This document shows positions 47,302 to 57,210 of a stretch of 64,000 bases of DNA, one piece after another (position 1 is the first letter of the stretch; every line of letters begins with the position of its first letter). Source of the stretch: an uncultured archaeon (lineage in GTDB: Archaea; Thermoplasmatota; Penumbrarchaeia; JASLWR01); NCBI GenBank assembly GCA_964430885.1, contig CAYSHM010000003.1, forward strand, positions 64,001-128,000, given 5' to 3'. The position numbers and the translations under genes are program-made. The notes beneath the pieces are model-generated. The model had not been told where the DNA came from. It did no database searches and saw nothing but the letters and a program-made list of their open reading frames with translations.

Positions 47302-49887
47302 ATGTGGAGCAGAACCAGAAGAGCAATTTGGTGTTTGCAGGGGGACCCCCAGCTGGATAGAATATATATGGGTCTTGGTTATCCTGACCCTGCATTGATA
47401 TGTCTCAGCAAGGAAGGGGAAATGTTATGGAAATGTGACATGGATCGACCCCCGAAAATCATCAAGATATATTCCAGTTCTAGAAATATATTGGTTTTTC
47501 TAAAGAAGAAGAAACTTCCGCCTACTTTGCTCTGCATATCCAATAAGGGCGAACTGTTATGGAGACAGTACCTCAAATATGATCTGAAGTCCATTGACAT
47601 TACTGACAATGGAAAGATCATAGTGCTCGGAACAGTGAATTCCACGGTCCTGCTTCTGGAGGAAAGGGGAGAGATACAGTTCAGAATACAGCCTGAGAAA
47701 TGGATCAACGGTATTACGGCCCATTTCTTCGATAGAGATATTATGGCTGTATCAGACAGAGGTTTTCTTTATGTAATGGAAACATACCGGAACCGATTGA
47801 ATATCAAGGAAAAGGTGGATCTGGAGAACAATGTTAGCCTCATGAAGAAGCAAAATGACCGGTTGGCATTTTTGGACCAATGCGCCAAGACCGGGAATAT
47901 TCTTCACCTCTATAACTGGGAAGGGAACAGTTACTTAAATATAAAATATAAGAAGAGAATTAAAAATTTCTCCTATGCGGGGAACCGGATCTGGAGCGTA
48001 CTTGATAACTCAATTATCTGCCTTTTTGATGAGAACCAGGGTTTCAGGACTGGACTTGACATGGGTGAAAGGATCTACGACATTACCACGGATTATTATG
48101 GTGGCTATATTGTTGTAGGTACTGAAAATTTCAAGGTTCTATTGATGGATCGGAGCGGGCAAATGATATGGGGAATGGACACCAGAGGTAAGAAATTGGC
48201 CGCAAATTATGCCGAAAAAACATTCAAAAGAATGAGGGAGAGCGAGCTCATCTCCGAGGACGAAGGATTGGACTGCTACGCACATAACACACTCATATCA
48301 TCTATTGAAAAGAATTTCATAGATATACCAGTAGAAAAGGAGGAAGATGGAGATGACGGCTGGATAACAGACGGGGAAGAAATTGAAGATGGTTGGCTGG
48401 TAGATGATGACAAATTGGCCGGAAGAAGAAAATTACTGAGCGGATTCAAACCCACACCCGTCAAAAGGAAGGTGACCATCAAATCCCAAATGGCAATGAT
48501 AAAACAGCGGCCAAGTCTGCTTGTGCATATAGAGAACACAACAAGCAAATCTATCACCAATATCAAGGTAGACATCACGATGGATAAAACCCTATTCTCC
48601 TACCGCAAGAACCTTACCCAACTACCGGTGGTAACCCCCAACACCGCTAAACGGATGATAATACCCATGATATCCAAATCCGAAGAAGGTTCATGCATTG
48701 TCAGCGGAACCATCAGCTATAACTATCAAGGTAAGGAAAGAACTGAGGATTTGGCAGAGTTCAAACTTGTTAATCGATGGAAGAAATTGGAAGGGCTCAT
48801 CATCAAGGAAGATAGTTGGAATAATTTTATTCATGGAATGAATGAGACCCAGGATGAACTGTTCACCTCTCTGACACCGCCCTACCTCGGACCTCTCATG
48901 GAGACAATAGCCACAAAACACGGATTCAAGGAATACAAAATCGAAAAGATCGATGATGACCTTATGATCTATTTCGCAGCACAGGCCAAAAATCGCCATT
49001 ACGGTTTGAAGAACGTAATCAGACCGTCTAGCCTGGAAAGGGGCGTTTGTGTTATAAAGATATTCCTATATGGAACAGATCCCAATCTGGTGCGTCTGAA
49101 GGATATGCTGATAAATGAGCTTGAAGATGCCATCTGTTTTGAGGAAGATACACTTCATGGTGATGAAGACATTCCTCAAGTGGTGATAAAAGATACAAAG
49201 AGAAAAGAGACTGCTGAAAAGCTCAGGGAAATTTCAATATCTGACGGAAAGGATTATGGAAAGGATGAAACGGATGTTCCCGTTTGGTATCCCGAAGCGG
49301 CTCCAGCTCCAAAATACTCTCCAAAAAGTCTTCCCATAGACTACGGTCTTTACAAGAAATACAGTGAATATTACAAGGATTACTTTGTCCCATATCCTGA
49401 AAAGAAAGATGCACTTTCCGTGGTTCCCAGAAAGGGCTACATATATCTTTTCAAGGAGCAAACTCCTGATCGTGCCTTCCGAATATTCAAGGCTATGATA
49501 AATTATAACCTGGAAGGATTGTTCATTTCCCGGAAATATCCAAACAACATCGTCGACAAATATTCCCTGGGCGGAATTCCCTATTTATGGCTGTCCAAGA
49601 CGGGGGAAAAGAACGCCATCCGTCCCACGGCAACAGAGAAGATAAGGCATGAACTTGAAAAATTCCTGAACAATAAAAAGAACAAAGGGAACAGTGTTGT
49701 TCTTTTCGAGGGCATTGAATATCTGGTCATACACAATACCTTCAATACGGTAATCAAGTTCCTGCAATCTTTGAAGGATTGGGTATCACTAAGCAATGGA
49801 ACCCTTCTGCTCTGTATTGGACCTTCCACACTTGAGACAAGGGAACTTATGATGATAGAGAAGGAATGCGATGAGATAATATCCTGA
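47302..49887 (+). CDS. Cytoplasmic multidomain protein: beta-propeller, Ig-sandwich plus alpha/beta platform-like domain, DUF835
   Basis: PQQ/WD-like repeats (GEMLW, GELLW, GQMIW). C-terminal GLFISRKYP, YLWLS, VVLFEGIEYL..HN.F..V.KFL is DUF835. Confidence 0.75.
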   Translation: MWSRTRRAIWCLQGDPQLDRIYMGLGYPDPALICLSKEGEMLWKCDMDRPPKIIKIYSSSRNILVFLKKKKLPPTLLCISNKGELLWRQYLKYDLKSIDITDNGKIIVLGTVNSTVLLLEERGEIQFRIQPEKWINGITAHFFDRDIMAVSDRGFLYVMETYRNRLNIKEKVDLENNVSLMKKQNDRLAFLDQCAKTGNILHLYNWEGNSYLNIKYKKRIKNFSYAGNRIWSVLDNSIICLFDENQGFRTGLDMGERIYDITTDYYGGYIVVGTENFKVLLMDRSGQMIWGMDTRGKKLAANYAEKTFKRMRESELISEDEGLDCYAHNTLISSIEKNFIDIPVEKEEDGDDGWITDGEEIEDGWLVDDDKLAGRRKLLSGFKPTPVKRKVTIKSQMAMIKQRPSLLVHIENTTSKSITNIKVDITMDKTLFSYRKNLTQLPVVTPNTAKRMIIPMISKSEEGSCIVSGTISYNYQGKERTEDLAEFKLVNRWKKLEGLIIKEDSWNNFIHGMNETQDELFTSLTPPYLGPLMETIATKHGFKEYKIEKIDDDLMIYFAAQAKNRHYGLKNVIRPSSLERGVCVIKIFLYGTDPNLVRLKDMLINELEDAICFEEDTLHGDEDIPQVVIKDTKRKETAEKLREISISDGKDYGKDETDVPVWYPEAAPAPKYSPKSLPIDYGLYKKYSEYYKDYFVPYPEKKDALSVVPRKGYIYLFKEQTPDRAFRIFKAMINYNLEGLFISRKYPNNIVDKYSLGGIPYLWLSKTGEKNAIRPTATEKIRHELEKFLNNKKNKGNSVVLFEGIEYLVIHNTFNTVIKFLQSLKDWVSLSNGTLLLCIGPSTLETRELMMIEKECDEIIS

Positions 49888-50065
49888 TTACCTTTCAGGA
49901 TTTATTGGATGGAAGATCCGCTGGCTCTCCTGACTTTTTTGTATAAATGTTCCCTTGGAAAATAATTGGAGTTAAGTTAATAAAATAAAAGTATCTTTTA
50001 TGGCACGATTCGGGCTAGAAGCACGAATATTATGAAATGGGCTAATCACAGCCTGGGTGATGGAC

Positions 50066-51094
50066 ATGGGTCTTTTTGGAAAGAAAAAGAAGGAATTTGA
50101 TTTCAAATCGGTCAACAAGATCGACCAGGAAACCTTCTTTCAGATGCTGAATCAGCAGGGCTGGACCGAGGTGGATACTCCCTTCGAATACCAGAAGGAT
50201 TGGCCTGTAAAAAAAATCAGAAAGAATGCCCGATCCTACGCCATGAAAGAGATGGAAGCCGACCTCCTTGTAGAAGTTGACGACCCTTCATTTTCAAATA
50301 ATCCATATAATCATTATGTGTATTATACTTTCAAGAAATCCACCACCCCTCCGTCTCCAAATCCTAACATGAATCCAACACAGCCTCAAACCGATCTATA
50401 CGGCAATAACCAACAGAACCTGTATGGCCAGAACCCGTACCCTGCTACTAATCCAAATGACCCATACAACCAACAACCGCAAGACCCTTACAATCAGAAC
50501 AATTTCGATCCATACAACCAACAACAGCAGCAGGACCCTTACAATCAAAACACTTCAGACCCATACAACCAACAGCAGTTCTATGATCCCAATGCTCCCA
50601 TGACCCCTCCTGCTCCTGAACCCCCATCTTCACCTTATCAGCCGGATGAGGAGGGAAAGGTACTGGTGACCCCTACCCAGGAAATGTTCCTAAAGGCGCA
50701 CTATGCAACCCATGAGGAAGCCTTCTATCATTGTTTGGATAACCTAGCAAAGATGCTGACAATGGAAAGTGGACCAATTAAATTCACGGATAAAAGAGAG
50801 TTTCTTCATCCTATCATGCGTATCAAGGACAGGGCATACTACCATATTGGTCAAAGACCAATGAATCTGATCCTTATGAAGGAAGCTATACATGATTTCC
50901 TACTTCTAGGTAATGAAGGCCACCAGGTGGGAAAAGCAAGTGGACGCAGGGATGATCTCATAATGATAAAGACACTTGGTACTCCTTCCTTCATGCTGAT
51001 GAACGATTATCAATTGCTTCCTGACGAAGCGAAAGGACAGGTTGCACAGACGCTTTTCAACCTCCTCGAGCAGTTCCTTCCGAAGTTCGGATAG
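50066..51094 (+). CDS. Hypothetical protein with MGLFGKKKK N-terminus and central DPYNQ repeat region
   Basis: GGTGA precedes ATG 50066; two globular domains joined by an N/Q/P/Y-rich linker. Confidence 0.75.
   Translation: MGLFGKKKKEFDFKSVNKIDQETFFQMLNQQGWTEVDTPFEYQKDWPVKKIRKNARSYAMKEMEADLLVEVDDPSFSNNPYNHYVYYTFKKSTTPPSPNPNMNPTQPQTDLYGNNQQNLYGQNPYPATNPNDPYNQQPQDPYNQNNFDPYNQQQQQDPYNQNTSDPYNQQQFYDPNAPMTPPAPEPPSSPYQPDEEGKVLVTPTQEMFLKAHYATHEEAFYHCLDNLAKMLTMESGPIKFTDKREFLHPIMRIKDRAYYHIGQRPMNLILMKEAIHDFLLLGNEGHQVGKASGRRDDLIMIKTLGTPSFMLMNDYQLLPDEAKGQVAQTLFNLLEQFLPKFG
50459..50581 (+). repeat. Coding tandem repeat GAYCCWTACAAYCAR (DPYNQ), 5 copies, 24-27 bp period
   Basis: Units start at 50459, 50483, 50507, 50534, 50558. 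Confidence 0.85.
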
Positions 51095-51115
51095 AACAAT
51101 GAGATATTTTACCTT

Positions 51116-54100
51116 CTACAAGTCTCCAAAAACCGAATCCAGATCATAAGGAGGTTTGTGACGGGGAGTAGCAGGTTCATTTTCCGGAGTTTCTTCTTCA
51201 TCATTTATCGGTTCTGAAACCTCGTTATACTCTTCAAATGATGCCAAGGTTACCATCCCGCCGCAGCCCGGACAGCGGCCTGCTCTCATAACGCAATCCT
51301 TGTGGGAGGTGAAACCGCATTTACATTCCGAATAGCTATCACCAGCACTCATTCTTCCGAAACAAATTCTGCATTTTTTAGGGATTTCTGCTTCAAGCAA
51401 TTGGATCCTTGCAATTTTCCCCTGTTCAGGTATTTCTGGCGGTGCTTCCGGCAACGCAGGCCGATCCTGCGGAGGAGGTACTGCAGATGCCATATCCGGC
51501 AATGATATATTGGGGACCGAAGGGCTATATTCTGCAGTTGATAATAGCACGCCTGATGCGGGAAGATCCGGGGCAGCTGCAGGGGGTTCATCAGGAGGTG
51601 GAGGGAGTTCACCCTCGTCCTCTCCCATACCCTGAGCTGCGGGCAGTTCAGGTATATCAAGGATCTCGGCTGGCCTCACCTCAGGGGAAGAAGGAACTTC
51701 CGAATCAAAACTAGGTTCTCCAAACGGTTCAATATTTTCAGGTCCTGCAGAAACATCTGCTTGTTCATTGTTTTCTTCTGCCGGTTCATTCAGGTCCGCC
51801 ATGTTGTCAGGATAACTATCGCTCCCCAGTTTCAATACCATCTTGGATGAATCATCCTGTTCATAGTCTGCAGGTTGCGGTACTATATCATCAAAATACG
51901 CTATATCCTCATTGTTGTATTCAGAAGCTGCAGAAGGAGGAGAATCGTTCTTATCCTCGGTTTCACCTATAAACATGGTGTCCCCATAGAGATCGCTCGT
52001 GGAGCTCTTCTGGATTTCAGGTTCCTTATCGGTTCCCATATCATCCATTGAATCGTCAATAGCATCATCTGCAGGATCCTTTTTTCTCAGTCGAATAACA
52101 ATGAAAATCACCACGGCTAAAATAACCATGACAATCAGTCCGATTATAATATAAAGAAGCATATCGCGGTTACCGGATGAATCTTCACCATCCTCATCAA
52201 TTGGGCGGATGGAATTTATTGAGAAATAGAAAAACCTTTGACCGCCGGGATAAGCGGCCTTGAGACTTACATTATAGACATCTAGAGCTGCATTCTCGCT
52301 AACACTGAATACTAGAGGAACCGTGATATTGCTTCCGGCTCCCACCGTAGTGTTCTTTGGAGCATCAACATAAACAAAGGTAGAACCTCCCTTTGTGAGT
52401 GTGACCTGCCTGTTGATGTCCCCTATATTCATAATTGTCAGATAAATTGTCACTTCAGATCCCAATTCGATATCTGCAGCTTTCCGGTCCAACTGGAATT
52501 CCAGAATATCCGGTTCCGGCATAGGCATTTCTATCTTGAAATTCCATGTTCCCGATATACATATTCCGGTAACACCATCAGCAACCGGAACTACTTTCCA
52601 GTAATATGTTGTGTTGTCGACAAGACCTGTAAGGTTGTAAAAGGTTTCATAAACGGTCTCAATAAGATTAAGGGAATCAAGGGAGGTACCAACAAAAATC
52701 CGATAGACATGAGTGGTATTAGCAGCGGGAAGGGAAAACCAGCTCAATGTGACATTAAGCATATCTACTGCCGATCCGTTTACAGGATACAAAAGCAGCG
52801 CTTCAGAGGGATCCGCAGACCCATTCAGAGTAAATGTCCAGTAGGGAACTTCGCACCATCCGATACTGTCCAGATCCCTAGGTATGATTTTCCACTTGTA
52901 TTCCACGCCAATATCGAGGCCTGAAATAGTCACATTGAAACCTGTTATATTTGAACTGAATTTCTCTAAGGGAAGGGATTCACCGAGATAGAGATCGCAC
53001 CTAATATCTTCCGGTAAATTATCCGCATCGATCACAAACCAATTCAATGTCACTTCGTCACCCTCGATCAAACTTCCATCCTGGGGAGTTATAAGAAAGG
53101 AAAAAGGAGGAGAATTAAAATCATTGACTATCACTGGAACCGTGAGATTCCCGCTCCGGATCACTGGGTTAGAGGTTTCATAGGCTGAAATATTGAGAAC
53201 GGTAACTCCATACCAATCGCCCTCGGCAGAGACCTTTATACTGTAATTATCAATAAGTTCCGCGGTAATGTTCTCATTCCCCGGTATAATTGTGAAATTC
53301 AGTGTGCTGTTCTCGGAATCAAATATATAATCCATCAAGCTCCAATTCACCGAAATTGCTGAACCCTCCAAAAGACCAATGGAAGGTGGCATCCCAATCC
53401 ATACAGGGGCATCAGGCAGGTCCATGATAATGATATTGAAAGGATTTGATGAGGCGGTCCTGTTAAAATAATTGGTACAGTTCACAACTACACTAATATT
53501 ACCTGTAAAATTTTCAGCTAGATAGGTTATATCCAAGAATGAGCCGTTCAGGCTAATTGTGGCATTCGAATTATCAGATATGTTTTCCAAGGAAAATGAA
53601 AGATTCCCGAATTGAGCATATTGGTTCAAAAAGTGGTCCGCCAAGTCAATCAAACCTTCAACCGGGGTCTCCTCAAGCACCTGTACGTCATTTATCTCGG
53701 AGGTGATGGCAGGGGGCATTATCGGGGTCCAATTAATGCCCCAATCCAATATCTCAGGGTTCTTATCATTGTATGACACCATTTCTCCGATTATCACAAG
53801 GGAGCTATGATCAAGAGGATTCACTGAAGAAAGGTCCTGAATTACTTCAGCTGATCGGGAGGTGTCGTTCAGGATCATTTCTCCAGTATTACCGTCGAGA
53901 AGGGTAATATTGGCGTAGATCAGCTGGGGCAGGGGAAACTCCCTATGACACACCAAAGAGTTCCAGGTCATATTCTCCGGAAGAACTACAGGTTCCGATA
54001 TGAAGGTGGTATTATCATGGTACAATCTTTGAGAGAATAACTCATAATGATCGGATATATCTGCATCCGATAAAGCCCTGTTGAATATCAGTATCTCATC

Positions 54101-55882
54101 CATACTTCCGTTCAGGAGCGCAGTTTCCTGGGGGTCGCAGCCGAGGTAAACAGGATTTGCAGTTGTTGTCAGAACTCCGGGGGCATTTTCCGTTGAAACT
54201 TCCTGACCGTCAATATAGCACCGGACATGAGTACCGTTCCAGACGGATGCCAGATGGTACCACTGATCCACGGCCGGCATCCACATATATTCGAGCATCC
54301 CGCCGTACCAGGACCCGCCTAGTTTTATTCTCATGTGGAATGTATTGCCGCCTCCTGAATTCTGTCTTTCAAAATAGAACTCATCCTCCTTTGATACTAT
54401 GACGCATTCCGTTCGGTTCTCCCATTTGACCCAGGCCTCTATTGTCAGGGCGCCTGTATCATAATCGGCCAGCTGGTTGCATACTGCATGGTCGTCCACA
54501 CCGTCCAGGTGAAGGGCGCTATCCCTTACCCCATTGACGTGAACGGTATCTTCTGTATTCTTCAAATGGGCAAATCCGCTTTCGGAACTGTAATCTCTAG
54601 CCAATCCGCCCTTCCTCTCGCTTAGTTTCCAGTAACCCACACACGATGAGTCTGGCTTGAAATCAGTTTCAGATATGGAAACACTGCCCCCGGTAACATT
54701 TATATGGTTATCATAGGCCATGAAAATTTCCATTGATCTGCGGGGTATGGAGGACAATCTCACATCATCGATGATCCCTTCGAAGTAGCCGCCATTATCT
54801 GGACCCATGCCGCCCAAGTAAACATTTCCATGGGATTGAAGATCAACAACCGTATTTATTGAATCAACCTCAGAGCCGTCAATAAAAAGCCTGTAGGTTA
54901 TATCTTCCTTCACGGCAGCCACATAATGCCATCCCTTGTCATATGGATCAGGGGAGGACACGATTGTCTCATTATTCGGACCCCACAACTCGAACTTATC
55001 GGAGCTTTTATTGAAGCCCAAACACCAACCATCACCGCCTTGAGAGACGATACTCTGGTTTCCCGAACCGTTATCCGGTATGAAAACAAAGGCTTCGATT
55101 GTGAAATCATCCACAAGGTCAATGTTCGGCCCGCATACAGCATAGTCATCAAATCCATCGAACCAAAGTCCATTATCAGTCCATCCGCGTACCCATGATG
55201 TATGGTTCATATTGTATAGACGGCCGTTGTTCTCATTCCAGCTGAGATCCGAGGTAGAATTGCCCATGCCTTCAATAAAACTCCACTGTCCCATAATGTG
55301 GATATCCGATGCATAGGGATAAATAAGACCGCTGTCCCCTGTAAAACTATCCATCCAGGATGTATTGGAAACATATTCCACTCCCCAGCTTTTCAGAACT
55401 GGTGAAATACTGCCGTTTCCGACTAGTTCAGCCACAAGCAGAATGGATTCTTCTGTGATATTGGTAATATCTATATTGCGGTCCTTGAGAGCCCCGAATC
55501 CTGGTATTGTATCATTGGTCGCATTCCTTACAGACAACAAGATCGAGGTTTCCTCGGATTCAATTTTAAGAAGTGAAAGTAATGACCATCTGTGATCTGA
55601 CGGTAAGTTGATCACAGGCGAAACCACAAAACCCGGTTCTGCGATACCATCCCCTCCAAAATCATCGAACCACGAACCTCCCATACCTTCATGGAAATTT
55701 GCAGCGCGTGAACGGGCAGCAGGATTTAAAAACGAAGGGTCGGCCTTCTCTTCGAAGGTATTATCCGCATTCTCAGGATCGCTTTTAAGATGATCTGTTT
55801 TCAAGTCCTTTTCAACAATATATAATGGAAACATTGATACGGTCAATAATAATATGATGATAATATAGGATGTGATTTTCAT
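51116..55882 (-). CDS. Single-pass receptor-like protein: 2x LamG, Ig/FN3-like repeats, TM, acidic Pro-rich tail, C4HC3 RING-like finger
   Basis: Two FDG.DD...FTIEA...W..V...F.G.ID LamG units; CRIC-x12-CKC-x4-H-x2-C-x6-CPGC. ATG 55882 gives a proper signal peptide. Confidence 0.8.
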   Translation of the reverse strand: MKITSYIIIILLLTVSMFPLYIVEKDLKTDHLKSDPENADNTFEEKADPSFLNPAARSRAANFHEGMGGSWFDDFGGDGIAEPGFVVSPVINLPSDHRWSLLSLLKIESEETSILLSVRNATNDTIPGFGALKDRNIDITNITEESILLVAELVGNGSISPVLKSWGVEYVSNTSWMDSFTGDSGLIYPYASDIHIMGQWSFIEGMGNSTSDLSWNENNGRLYNMNHTSWVRGWTDNGLWFDGFDDYAVCGPNIDLVDDFTIEAFVFIPDNGSGNQSIVSQGGDGWCLGFNKSSDKFELWGPNNETIVSSPDPYDKGWHYVAAVKEDITYRLFIDGSEVDSINTVVDLQSHGNVYLGGMGPDNGGYFEGIIDDVRLSSIPRRSMEIFMAYDNHINVTGGSVSISETDFKPDSSCVGYWKLSERKGGLARDYSSESGFAHLKNTEDTVHVNGVRDSALHLDGVDDHAVCNQLADYDTGALTIEAWVKWENRTECVIVSKEDEFYFERQNSGGGNTFHMRIKLGGSWYGGMLEYMWMPAVDQWYHLASVWNGTHVRCYIDGQEVSTENAPGVLTTTANPVYLGCDPQETALLNGSMDEILIFNRALSDADISDHYELFSQRLYHDNTTFISEPVVLPENMTWNSLVCHREFPLPQLIYANITLLDGNTGEMILNDTSRSAEVIQDLSSVNPLDHSSLVIIGEMVSYNDKNPEILDWGINWTPIMPPAITSEINDVQVLEETPVEGLIDLADHFLNQYAQFGNLSFSLENISDNSNATISLNGSFLDITYLAENFTGNISVVVNCTNYFNRTASSNPFNIIIMDLPDAPVWIGMPPSIGLLEGSAISVNWSLMDYIFDSENSTLNFTIIPGNENITAELIDNYSIKVSAEGDWYGVTVLNISAYETSNPVIRSGNLTVPVIVNDFNSPPFSFLITPQDGSLIEGDEVTLNWFVIDADNLPEDIRCDLYLGESLPLEKFSSNITGFNVTISGLDIGVEYKWKIIPRDLDSIGWCEVPYWTFTLNGSADPSEALLLYPVNGSAVDMLNVTLSWFSLPAANTTHVYRIFVGTSLDSLNLIETVYETFYNLTGLVDNTTYYWKVVPVADGVTGICISGTWNFKIEMPMPEPDILEFQLDRKAADIELGSEVTIYLTIMNIGDINRQVTLTKGGSTFVYVDAPKNTTVGAGSNITVPLVFSVSENAALDVYNVSLKAAYPGGQRFFYFSINSIRPIDEDGEDSSGNRDMLLYIIIGLIVMVILAVVIFIVIRLRKKDPADDAIDDSMDDMGTDKEPEIQKSSTSDLYGDTMFIGETEDKNDSPPSAASEYNNEDIAYFDDIVPQPADYEQDDSSKMVLKLGSDSYPDNMADLNEPAEENNEQADVSAGPENIEPFGEPSFDSEVPSSPEVRPAEILDIPELPAAQGMGEDEGELPPPPDEPPAAAPDLPASGVLLSTAEYSPSVPNISLPDMASAVPPPQDRPALPEAPPEIPEQGKIARIQLLEAEIPKKCRICFGRMSAGDSYSECKCGFTSHKDCVMRAGRCPGCGGMVTLASFEEYNEVSEPINDEEETPENEPATPRHKPPYDLDSVFGDL

Positions 55883-56419
55883 AACAAAACCCTCTATTTT
55901 AATCCAATAATGAAATATTATTCTAAAATAAATCTGATATATATGGTTTACATTGTTTGAAATATATAAAATAATTATCTTCATTTCACTATAGAATCAG
56001 TTATTGGCTTATACTTAATTCAAAACAAAATAAATCCTCCCTCTTGGTACGCTAAAACACAGAACCAATCTTAAAAAACCATGAGCTAAATAAATTGCAC
56101 CCATAGGAAAACCATTCCCGCCCTCTGGATATGTTCGCAAGTCACCAACAGGGTTCTCCAATTCGGATCTTGTTAACTTGGAGGTCATCTAGTTATACAA
56201 CATATTCGGGGCCCTTTCATGCATAACTAAACAGAAGCCCAATTCAATTAACTTTCATTAATTATAACCTACAAATTTGTACAATTAATTTCTACATTAT
56301 TTTTTCACTAAGACCCAATATACGCGTCCGGAAATTTGGAACTGCTGTACCTTCCATTGACCTGAACATAATGGAACTTAGAATGAATTTTACTCTATGC
56401 TGAAATGATTTATCCAAGC

Positions 56420-56890
56420 TTAAATGAAAAGGTTTACAGTTCCCTCGTCGGCTTCTCCCAGATAGGTTGCCACACCTGCATATTCCAGCCCAGTTATGAG
56501 TTCCTTTTTCTGGATCCCCATAACATCCATGGACATTGTACAGGCTATGAACTTGACACCCATCTCCTTGGCGGATACCATCAGTTCCTGAAGGGCCATA
56601 ACATTCTTCTTCTTCATTATACTCTTCATCATTCCGGTACCCATTCCAGCCATATGCATCTTGGACAGTTTGGCCCTATTAGGCCCTCTAGGCATCATCC
56701 AGCCAAACATACGCTCCATGAAGGTCTTCTTAACCTTTACTTTCTTGTGCTTGCGAAGAAGATTCAAACCCCAGAAGGTGAAGAACATCGTTACCTCGTT
56801 ACCCATGGCCGCTGCGCCGTTAGCTATTATCATCGATGCCATTGCCTTGTCTAGATCTCCACTGAAAACTATCAATGTATTCTTAGTCAT
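56420..56890 (-). CDS. DsrE/DsrF/DrsH-like (DsrE2) sulfurtransferase
   Basis: FSGDLDKA, MFFTFWGL, ACTMSMDVMG. Confidence 0.92.
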   Translation of the reverse strand: MTKNTLIVFSGDLDKAMASMIIANGAAAMGNEVTMFFTFWGLNLLRKHKKVKVKKTFMERMFGWMMPRGPNRAKLSKMHMAGMGTGMMKSIMKKKNVMALQELMVSAKEMGVKFIACTMSMDVMGIQKKELITGLEYAGVATYLGEADEGTVNLFI

Positions 56891-56907
56891 TGAAACACCA
56901 CATGTTT

Positions 56908-57132
56908 TTATGCTTTCTTGATGGTCGCCGTGTAGGCAGGTCCCTTTGTGCCTTGCTTGACCAATTGATTCCCCGTCTTCTTACACCAGGCCCGAATATC
57001 CTTAACAAAGCCTTTATCTGTCGCTTCTACCTGTATAATATCACCCTTTGCCGCCTTGTTGACGGTCTTGAACACCTGTACAATGGGACCGGGGCACTGC
57101 ATGCCCTTTGCGTCTATCTTGTGTGTTGCCAT
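56908..57132 (-). CDS. TusA/SirA-family sulfur carrier
   Basis: DAKGMQCPGPI, ATDKGF..DI.AW. Confidence 0.92.
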   Translation of the reverse strand: MATHKIDAKGMQCPGPIVQVFKTVNKAAKGDIIQVEATDKGFVKDIRAWCKKTGNQLVKQGTKGPAYTATIKKA

Positions 57133-57210
57133 ACCTTACATCTCCTGATTTCTATTTCCAATTGCTTATTAACTGCGTAAATTTTGAATTCGAATTGATT
57201 GATTGAGGAG

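Noticed and set aside
50459-50581. CRISPR-like periodic repeat
   Set aside because: It is an in-frame coding repeat with synonymous variation. There are no unique spacers and no cas genes.
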